A stretch of 32,000 nucleotides of DNA from contig JAJRZD010000112.1 of NCBI GenBank assembly GCA_024275415.1, forward strand, positions 1-32,000, written 5' to 3'. This document shows positions 1-6,978 of the stretch, in pieces (the first letter of the stretch is position 1; every line of letters starts with the position of its first letter). The stretch is from an archaeon (GTDB taxonomy: Archaea; Asgardarchaeota; Thorarchaeia; Thorarchaeales; Thorarchaeaceae). The position numbers were made by a program, and so were the translations under genes. The notes beneath the pieces were generated by a model. It did no database searches and had not been told where the DNA came from. It saw only the letters and a list, made by a program, of their open reading frames with translations.

Positions 1-241
1 CGTTTTTCATTCGGTCACAGCCTATCGTCAACTATTGGATATAAGAACGTGAAAAACAAAATAAAGTCATCTGAGAAGGGATTATTCATGACCGGACATT
101 CTGTCATCCATCTAGACAAAGTCACATAGATGCTAATCTCGTATTCTCACATTTTTGTTTGCAATGAATCTGTCAACACATGTTTAGATATGTATTCAGG
201 CATTGCTTTACCAAATAGCACATTGATATAACTTTGGACTT

Positions 242-649
242 TCACAAAGACCCAGCACTTCTCGTGCCTTCATCAAATAGAGTTGTCATATCAAGGATCT
301 TGTTGAGCAACTCAGCAATATTAAATGGTTTTTTAAGGAACTGAACGTTCCTGTGTTCTGAAACATTGATTTGGATGCTTGTATCCGCAGAAACAATGAT
401 TATTTTTTGATTGGGGTTTATTCCCAGTATCTCTTTGCTTGCAGTTAATCCGTCTTTCAATGGCATCCGATAATCCATCAGAATAATACCTGGATATTCA
501 GAAATAGACTTGTAAAATTCGATGGCATCTTCCCCGTTCTCACTAAAATTAAGAATAACATATCCCTTTGACGCAAGGATCCTTCCATAGAGTTGCCTGA
601 GTGCAAGGTTATCTTCCACAATCATTATTGTGGGAGATGTTGTACTCAT
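242..649 (-). CDS. Stand-alone response regulator receiver (CheY-like)
   Basis: IMIVEDN acidic pocket, ILMDYRMP phosphoacceptor Asp, IVSAD and KKPF motifs; directly downstream of a histidine kinase (2-nt gap). Confidence 0.92.
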   Translation of the reverse strand: MSTTSPTIMIVEDNLALRQLYGRILASKGYVILNFSENGEDAIEFYKSISEYPGIILMDYRMPLKDGLTASKEILGINPNQKIIIVSADTSIQINVSEHRNVQFLKKPFNIAELLNKILDMTTLFDEGTRSAGSL

Positions 650-651
650 CT

Positions 652-1665
652 CTACATCACACTCTTAAGCCGGATAATGAAAGATACTCCGGCTGAGAAA
701 TCATTTGGCGACTCTTTTCGATTTGTTACCCGAATATCCCCGCCTAAAGCTTCTACTATCCTTTTGGAAATGGACAGACCAAGACCGGATCCCTTACGTT
801 CATGGGGCGCCACCGAAAAACGGTCAAAGATTCGCTCCTTCAATTTGTCTGGAATGCCAATTCCGTGATCACTATAGGTGACGCAAGTAAAGGATTCTTC
901 TCGGTGGATTTCAATATCAATAGAAACGACGTCTTGCTCAGGTTCTCTATATCTGACTGAATTTGTGAACAGGTTGATGAATACATTTTCTAAAATCGCG
1001 TGTCCTGCAACTACAAAATCCTGAGTGGTCGGAGAGAAACTGAGTTCTAAGGGTATCGCTGGATAAATCCCTTGGGTTTTTTCTTTAGCGGACTCGATGA
1101 CCGATATCAAACGAATAGGTTCAAGTTGGAAATCTTCTCTCATCTCAAGTAACTGGTGTAGGATTCTCACGTTGCCTATCAACAGTGAACTTCCCCTAAT
1201 CGAGTGGATGCCTTCAGATACTAACTTGGACAGTTCTGCGTCTTGTTCGACCAATTCCAATAGAAGTTCCATATTTCCTAGAGCCACAGTATTGTAGTTG
1301 ATCAAATCATGAGTCATCAGATCGAGAAGAAGCTCGCTGACTTTCTTTTCTTCAATCAAACAACTTTGACTTTCTCGTAGTTCCTGTTGTTTGAATCCTT
1401 GAATAAAACTGTAAAATAGAAAGCCCCAAAATAAAGGTTCCATTACTTGGATTACATCTTCATACTGGTCAAGGACATTGGTTACATCAGACCATTCTAG
1501 CATGTTGCTGAAGCTGAAGAAGAGCACAAGAGAGAGTATGGTCAGAAGGATAATCCTGCTGGACGCTTTTGTCGAATAGTTTCGATATCTGATTAGAATA
1601 AAGATAGCACACAAACCAAAGATGAATGTGATACCATCTACAATAGGGACAAGCTCTACAATCAT
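652..1665 (-). CDS. Membrane-bound sensor histidine kinase (about 3 TM + HisKA + HATPase_c)
   Basis: H-box LMTHDLIN, N-box NLFTNSVRY, G1 DHGIGI, F-box FDRF, G2 GSGLGL. Start moved to ATG 1665 (MIVELVP), which overlaps the upstream stop (ATGA) and follows GGGAG. Confidence 0.9.
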   Translation of the reverse strand: MIVELVPIVDGITFIFGLCAIFILIRYRNYSTKASSRIILLTILSLVLFFSFSNMLEWSDVTNVLDQYEDVIQVMEPLFWGFLFYSFIQGFKQQELRESQSCLIEEKKVSELLLDLMTHDLINYNTVALGNMELLLELVEQDAELSKLVSEGIHSIRGSSLLIGNVRILHQLLEMREDFQLEPIRLISVIESAKEKTQGIYPAIPLELSFSPTTQDFVVAGHAILENVFINLFTNSVRYREPEQDVVSIDIEIHREESFTCVTYSDHGIGIPDKLKERIFDRFSVAPHERKGSGLGLSISKRIVEALGGDIRVTNRKESPNDFSAGVSFIIRLKSVM

Positions 1666-1946
1666 TGAATTTCTCCCTCTTGGGCTGTGAACTCTCTCCA
1701 ACACCAGATTAAAAGTAGAAATGCACTTGCTGCGAAAGATGTATGTTCAAAGAAGTTGAGAAGTTCTTCAAAATAGTATTCTTCAAGAATAGTGAGGGTC
1801 CAACCCACTATCAGAGCGCAAAAAGAAAGCAGGAGGATATTTCTAGTAGCCAATGGCTTTAGGTTTTTCCAGTTTAAAATGATGAATGCCAATACGCCTA
1901 TTCCTATCAGCAAGACCATGAATTCGCTTTCATGAATGGTTTGCAT
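1662..1946 (-). CDS. Small 3-TM membrane protein, probable sensor accessory
   Basis: Three hydrophobic segments; stop overlaps the kinase start; TILE...NFFEH pattern resembles the kinase N-terminus. Confidence 0.7.
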   Translation of the reverse strand: MQTIHESEFMVLLIGIGVLAFIILNWKNLKPLATRNILLLSFCALIVGWTLTILEEYYFEELLNFFEHTSFAASAFLLLIWCWREFTAQEGEIQ

Positions 1947-2437
1947 TATCCACTCCGTCCATACTCAAATATACATTCCACTTTTTCAATGTTGTTTAAT
2001 GGTATCGAAAAGCACTAGCAAGTTTCCAAAGATGTCATAGAACTCTTCGCTGGCGCAGGAAACACTGACCTCGATATCACTTGGCGGATAACTCATTCCA
2101 GTTGACTTTGGATCGAAAAGGTGGATGCTGTCAAGATCCTCTCCACGAACCTATTTCTGGCAATTTCCTCGATGCCTACGCCATTTTTCATCCGGCCACG
2201 ACATTGGAACAGAGAAGTGCGAAGGACAGAATTAAGGTCATCTGAGAACAGACAAACAATGTTATTTGTGACACTCCGATATACTGCTAGGAATGGTATG
2301 GAAACATAAATCTTGTATTCTAGTATGTTCTTCTTCGCAATGAATCAGCCAACACCTAGTTTCTGGATTGGGCATCTATCTGCCACCGACATAAGAAGAC
2401 AAAGGATAATAAGAGCCGAGTTGTATTGAGGTAAATC

Positions 2438-3259
2438 ATGGATATCACCCAATTACGTTCAGAGTTTTCCGACCCGCACCATTTAATTCAATCTCTAGAC
2501 GGACAGACATTGTTTTTGAGGGAGTGGCCCACTGAAGAAAAATCTGATATCTGCGCGCTCATCCTCCATGGAATCACAGCATATAGTGGTCCTTATTCAA
2601 TACTTGGGAAACCAATTTCGCAGGCAGGTTACCACTGCTATGGATTGGACTTACGGGGTCACGGCCTGTCAGACGGAATTAGAGGCGACTATCCCAGCAG
2701 GGAAACTCTAGTCGAAGATCTACGAGCCACACTTGACTTTCTGAAGAAACGGCATACAAAAGTAATCATCATTGGACATAGTCTTGGTGTCGTGACGGGT
2801 TCCATAATGCTAATACATATGCAAGATGATATTGATGGAGTCGTGTTCCTAAGTGCAGCTAGGACTTTCAAAAACACCTTCAGGAAACGTTCGATAGTTT
2901 CAACATTGAAGATTCTCTGGTCATCAATCACAAATCCATCTCGTCCAGTCATTCATTACTACCGTGATGGCATGGTCGGACTTGATGACCCGTTGTTTAA
3001 CTTCTACTACACCCTCAGGTTCATGAGGACTTTGGATCCGAAAAAGCTCAGGCTTCCGGACAAGCTCGATGTGCCTGTGTACATCGCTGTGGGGGATGAA
3101 GACGAATTATTCGATGTGAATGCCGTTGAAGCCTTTGCAGATGAGATAAACGCGGCTGATAAGGAGATGTATGTCATCCCAGGCGCAAAACATGCAATCT
3201 TCCCCGATGGGTCTTGGAACCACTTGATTCAGTGGATGGAACAGAAATTCCCCAGATGA
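2438..3259 (+). CDS. Alpha/beta hydrolase (lysophospholipase/monoglyceride lipase-like)
   Basis: LHG oxyanion motif, DLRGHGLS, nucleophile GHSLG, GDED acid and GAKH His; GAGGT upstream of ATG. Confidence 0.9.
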   Translation: MDITQLRSEFSDPHHLIQSLDGQTLFLREWPTEEKSDICALILHGITAYSGPYSILGKPISQAGYHCYGLDLRGHGLSDGIRGDYPSRETLVEDLRATLDFLKKRHTKVIIIGHSLGVVTGSIMLIHMQDDIDGVVFLSAARTFKNTFRKRSIVSTLKILWSSITNPSRPVIHYYRDGMVGLDDPLFNFYYTLRFMRTLDPKKLRLPDKLDVPVYIAVGDEDELFDVNAVEAFADEINAADKEMYVIPGAKHAIFPDGSWNHLIQWMEQKFPR

Positions 3260-3426
3260 GATAGTTCCAGATTAGGGGATGAACAGAAGACAGAATACCT
3301 ACACGTAGTAGAACATCTTTCGTATTACTAGATGGATACCTCGCAGCCAGTTCCTAGCAACAATCTTCATAGAGAAACAATTGATTCGTGTGCAGGAAGT
3401 GGTAGCACAGTCTTGGAGTTCGGTCG

Positions 3427-3747
3427 TTATATCTGTAACCTGATTTTGATGTGGGAGGTGTCATTCACCTCGTACGAGATTCTACCTCCGTGTTTTTCAA
3501 TAAGAAGCCTGATTGTGAACAAATCAAGATTCAAAACGGTATTCTGGGGGGAGCCACAGTGGATATCTCCCACAAGCAATTTCTCAAGATTGTAGGGCAC
3601 CTTAATCCCAGACAGGAAAGAATCAATCTGTTTCATTGTCGTACAAAGAAGCACAAGACTAGAATCGAGTAATTGCCAACAACATCTCAAGTTATTGGTC
3701 ATGCCAGTGCGAGATATTGTAAGATGTAGAGCAATATTTGGTATCAT
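3427..3747 (-). pseudogene. Possible degenerate HATPase_c C-terminal remnant
   Basis: C-terminal LDLFTIRLLIEKHGGRISYEV resembles the GLGLxIVxxIVExHGG kinase tail, but the G-box glycines, H-box and N-box are absent. Confidence 0.25.
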
Positions 3748-3798
3748 TCACACTAGGAATCAAAGATAGGGGCATCGCTCCTCTCGGACACTGACAAT

Positions 3799-3805
3799 AA
3801 AAAAA
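3799..3805 (-). terminator. Oligo-T tract (T7) after the hdr-mvh operon
   Basis: Pyrimidine-rich TTTCCTTCAATCCTTTTTTT on the minus strand, just after the SECIS-like structure; typical archaeal termination signal. Confidence 0.45.
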
Positions 3806-3842
3806 GGATTGAAGGAAAGTGCGGGGCGACCCTTGCGAGGTC

Positions 3843-3877
3843 GTCCAGCTCAACCCGAGTTTCAGTTGAGCCTTCAT
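3843..3877 (-). promoter_or_regulatory. Eukaryote/Asgard-type SECIS element (3' cis-acting RNA)
   Basis: Minus-strand RNA AUGAA-GGCUCAACU-GAAACUCG-GGUUGAGCU-GGAC: UGAN/NGAN tandem G.A core, about 9-bp upper stem, AAA in the apical region; about 93 nt 3' of an in-frame TGA at a conserved Cys/Sec position. Confidence 0.75.
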
Positions 3878-4038
3878 CCACCGCCCAGCACTAGATCCTT
3901 CCGGGCTATCTCGTGCAGCTCTCCGTCGTCGTCTTCACGAACGATGACCATGTGGGCCGCACATGATAGTCAGCAGTCATAGCAGCGCACGACCATCTCA
4001 AGGAGATTCAGCACGCCTTCAGGTATCTCTTCTGTCAT
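3874..4038 (-). CDS. vhuU: Selenocysteine-containing small subunit of the F420-non-reducing [NiFe(Se)] hydrogenase (VhuU/MvhU)
   Basis: Hand translation: MTEEIPEGVLNLLEMVVRCYDC-U-LSCAAHMVIVREDDDGELHEIARKDLVLGGG*. TGA codon 23 (3972..3970) occupies the first Cys position of the L2 motif (normally RAYDPCxxCxxH). GGAG RBS upstream; the adjacent MvhA lacks this motif. Confidence 0.9.
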
Positions 4039-4049
4039 CTTGATTTCTC

Positions 4050-5366
4050 CTATGTTTTTACAAGCGGATCCGGCAGCTTCAAACTGTCCAGAGCCTTATC
4101 CTCAAAGATCTGCTTTGCAGCAGTCATAAGGGATTTTTCGATTCCTGCGATATTATTGTTGGTTGCCACAATCAGGTTGGCATGTACCAGCATCCCTTCC
4201 TCATCGCTCGTGTAATTATGCAGAAGGGTTCCTCGTGGAGCTTCAACGATTCCAACTCCATCGCCAGCCTTTGGCTCGACATCGGTGAGCTTGATATCAT
4301 CACTGACAATCAGTGGGTCCTCTAAGAGAATCTTGATCCATTCGGCAGCCTGCACAAGTTCGACAATTCTGGCATAGTGGTAGACGAAGGTGTGGTGTGA
4401 TGGTCTACCTACGAGGTCTCTCATCTCCTTGAGAGCTTCCTGTGCAAGAGGAGTTGCCATCTTCTCTGCGACATTGCACCTTGCCAATGTGTTGGCTCGC
4501 CATATGCCATCCGGATAGCCTGCTGGCTTGTAGTAGATGTGTGTTGCATACGAGTGGTCAGGGATGTGCTCACCATAGTACTTGGTATAATCCTTTGGCT
4601 CGAAGTCTGCAACAACCTTGCCATCAGGACCCATAACCCGGACATTGCCCTCGTAGATGTCCAAAACACCATTGTTTGTCAGTCCGATATAGTATGTGGG
4701 AGTGACTGCAAGCTTTGTGATGACATCGATGTAGGCATTCACAACTGTCTTTGCCAGCTCGACGGTCTTATTCACATTCTCAAACAGCTCGGGGATTTGC
4801 TTTAGCCATTTGTCACGGTCTTCCTCTGTCAGTGCATTTAGCATCCCTCCGGGTATCGCGGTAACTGGATGTATTGCCTTTGCACCGACATCTCGGATAA
4901 GCTCCTGTCCGAATTGCATGATCTTGATTGCCTGTACTGTGACATCAGGAAGGTGCTTTAGCACGGCAGCGACGTTTCTCACAGCTGGATCCGCAAAGGG
5001 ACCGAACACGAAGTCGGGTGCAGCAAGTGCGTAGAAGTGGATTGCATGCGACGAGAGCTGCTTCGCCTCTATCATCAACCTGCGAAGCTTTACCGCGGCA
5101 GGTGGTGGTGTTACATCCCATGCAGCCTCTACTGCCTTGACCGACGCAAGGTGGTGAGGTATCGGACAAATCCCACAGATACGAGGCGCAATCCGTGGAG
5201 CCTCTTCCATTGGTCGTCCTGTAAGGAACTTCTCAAAGAACCTTGTGGAACCAACATTGTATTGGATGTCTTTGACCTTGTTGTCCTTCCCGAGCTTGAT
5301 TGTCAGAGCACCGTGCCCTTCAAGTCGTGTGACTGGGTCTATCCTAATTGTCTTTTCTTCGCCCAT
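4050..5366 (-). CDS. mvhA: F420-non-reducing [NiFe] hydrogenase large subunit (group 3c, VhuA-type, C-terminally split)
   Basis: N-terminal IDPVTRLEGH, L1 motif RICGICP, EAPRGTLLH; ends LVKT* with no C-terminal DPCxxC. Confidence 0.95.
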   Translation of the reverse strand: MGEEKTIRIDPVTRLEGHGALTIKLGKDNKVKDIQYNVGSTRFFEKFLTGRPMEEAPRIAPRICGICPIPHHLASVKAVEAAWDVTPPPAAVKLRRLMIEAKQLSSHAIHFYALAAPDFVFGPFADPAVRNVAAVLKHLPDVTVQAIKIMQFGQELIRDVGAKAIHPVTAIPGGMLNALTEEDRDKWLKQIPELFENVNKTVELAKTVVNAYIDVITKLAVTPTYYIGLTNNGVLDIYEGNVRVMGPDGKVVADFEPKDYTKYYGEHIPDHSYATHIYYKPAGYPDGIWRANTLARCNVAEKMATPLAQEALKEMRDLVGRPSHHTFVYHYARIVELVQAAEWIKILLEDPLIVSDDIKLTDVEPKAGDGVGIVEAPRGTLLHNYTSDEEGMLVHANLIVATNNNIAGIEKSLMTAAKQIFEDKALDSLKLPDPLVKT

Positions 5367-6302
5367 TTAGGCTTCCTCCTGTGCTTGCTTCATATCCTCG
5401 CGTCGAACCCGCATCCTATTGAGATGGCTTGTACCATACGTAAACCTATAGAATGTCCCAAGAGGGTCTTTGACCTGCTCAACAAGCTTGTCTGGTTCTA
5501 TGGGTGCATATGTGCCTAACATCGACATGGCAGCAGCACCATAGTCTGACATGATTGGTGGAGGTGGTCCAAAACATCCACGGCAAGTCACACCCTTGTT
5601 GACACACTGACCTTCGCAGAGACCCCATGTACTAGATCCTAGGCATATGTATCCTTGCTCAAGTAAACATCTCTCAGGGTCAGCCTTTCCTGTGAACGGC
5701 CTAAGAATCTCCGTGATTGGAGTTTCCTTTTTCTCTCTCGAGCAATAATGACAGACCGTGTGAGGCGGGAGGTCAAGAGTTTCGCCTGCAAGGAGCGCGT
5801 TGATGGCTGTTGCGATTAACTTGGAAGTCGGAGGGCAACCTGGAAGATAGATGTCAAAGTCCACGTATTCTGAATTTGGCCTGACAACAGGCTCAATCCG
5901 TGGCAAGTTCTCTGAGGGAACCTTTCCATCTTTGAATGTCTTGTTCTCCCTGAATTTCACATCATAGCACTCTTCAATGTCGGACTGGTTTGCCAATGTT
6001 GGGATGCCCCCAAAACACGAACAAGAACCAAATGCTATCAGGATCTGGCATTTCTCACGCATGACTTTCAGGAGATGGATGTCCTCCTCTGTTCGGGCCA
6101 TGCCTTCATAGAACCCGACGACTATTGATTTGTCTTCGTAGTTCTCAAGATGGTGGAGCTTGAAATCAGCCACCGCCTGCCAGTATTTGATTTCCAGTTT
6201 CGGTAAGATATCTGCTAGTCCAAGATGAATATCGATCAGGCTCTGAAAGCATCCCCAACAAGAGGAGCCTTGCCCCATCGCTACAGGTACCGGGTCACTC
6301 AT
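5367..6302 (-). CDS. mvhG: F420-non-reducing hydrogenase small subunit
   Basis: SCWGC, FYEG, FGSCSCFGG, LPGCPP, TVCHYC, CLLEQGYICLG, CRGCFGP Fe-S motifs. Confidence 0.93.
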   Translation of the reverse strand: MSDPVPVAMGQGSSCWGCFQSLIDIHLGLADILPKLEIKYWQAVADFKLHHLENYEDKSIVVGFYEGMARTEEDIHLLKVMREKCQILIAFGSCSCFGGIPTLANQSDIEECYDVKFRENKTFKDGKVPSENLPRIEPVVRPNSEYVDFDIYLPGCPPTSKLIATAINALLAGETLDLPPHTVCHYCSREKKETPITEILRPFTGKADPERCLLEQGYICLGSSTWGLCEGQCVNKGVTCRGCFGPPPPIMSDYGAAAMSMLGTYAPIEPDKLVEQVKDPLGTFYRFTYGTSHLNRMRVRREDMKQAQEEA

Positions 6303-6304
6303 TC

Positions 6305-6538
6305 TTAGGCCTCCTTCATGGAATAGACAAGTTCATGGTTCTCTTCACCAGCAACCTCGATATCGCCCCACTTGAGCATCCCCAGCAGATTCCAGACTAC
6401 CAATTCGGTTGCCAGTCCAGTCTTCTGAGATATCACGGTCACGGTGTTTGCGCCGCCACTCAACGCCTCTTTTATCATTTTGCGTTGCTGACGTACATTG
6501 CTATGCTTTTGCTTGAAGTACAACGAGAATTGTTTCAT
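6305..6538 (-). CDS. Small (77 aa) winged helix-turn-helix-like protein inside the hdr-mvh operon
   Basis: Start moved to ATG 6538 (MKQFSL), overlapping the mvhD stop (ATGA). IKEALSGGANTVTVISQKTGLATELVVWNLLGMLKWGDIE has a wHTH pattern; stop is 2 nt from the mvhG start. Confidence 0.7.
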   Translation of the reverse strand: MKQFSLYFKQKHSNVRQQRKMIKEALSGGANTVTVISQKTGLATELVVWNLLGMLKWGDIEVAGEENHELVYSMKEA

Positions 6539-6978
6539 CGCCACTCCCTCTTGATTGGTCCAAGTTCCTTCACTTGGTCGATAAGTGTCCTCACTCCATC
6601 GGCAAATATCTGGGCTTCTGAAGCACTGGCCCACTGTAAGCGGACTCTCTTTGGGTTCACACCTGACTGCTCGATGACTTTCTCCATCAGTGCCCATCGT
6701 GCACGAGCCTTCAAGTTTCCACTCGTATAATGGCAGTCGCCAGGATGGCATCCGCTTACCAACACTCCGTCAGCTCCCATGTCAAGTGCTGCAAGGATGA
6801 ACTCCACATCGATTCGCCCTGTGCAGTTCACGCGCAAGATACGAGCGTTCGGAGGATATTGTATCCTCGAAGTGCCAGCAAGGTCTGCACCTGCGTAAGA
6901 GCACCAGTTGCAACAATATGCGATGATTCGTGGTTCCCAGTCAGGGTCCATCTTGCTTGTTGTGGCGATTGCTACCAT
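6535..6978 (-). CDS. mvhD: Hydrogenase delta subunit ([2Fe-2S]), all-Cys form
   Basis: YCCNWCSYAGADLAG, RVNCTGR, GCHPGDCHY, WASASE. Start moved to ATG 6978, which overlaps the hdrA' stop (TGATG). Confidence 0.93.
   Translation of the reverse strand: MVAIATTSKMDPDWEPRIIAYCCNWCSYAGADLAGTSRIQYPPNARILRVNCTGRIDVEFILAALDMGADGVLVSGCHPGDCHYTSGNLKARARWALMEKVIEQSGVNPKRVRLQWASASEAQIFADGVRTLIDQVKELGPIKREWR

Noticed and set aside
1990-2310. Short minus-strand stretches weakly resembling kinase pre-N-box sequence (DDLNSVLRTS; IEVSV...DIFGNLL)
   Set aside because: Different frames, no H-box or G-box, and the order relative to the 3427..3747 fragment is incompatible with one interrupted gene.
4039-4052. 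Readthrough of the mvhA TAG (pyrrolysine or stop suppression) to give a full-length large subunit
   Set aside because: vhuU starts 11 nt after the stop, so it is out of frame, and it has its own GGAG RBS; it is a separate gene.
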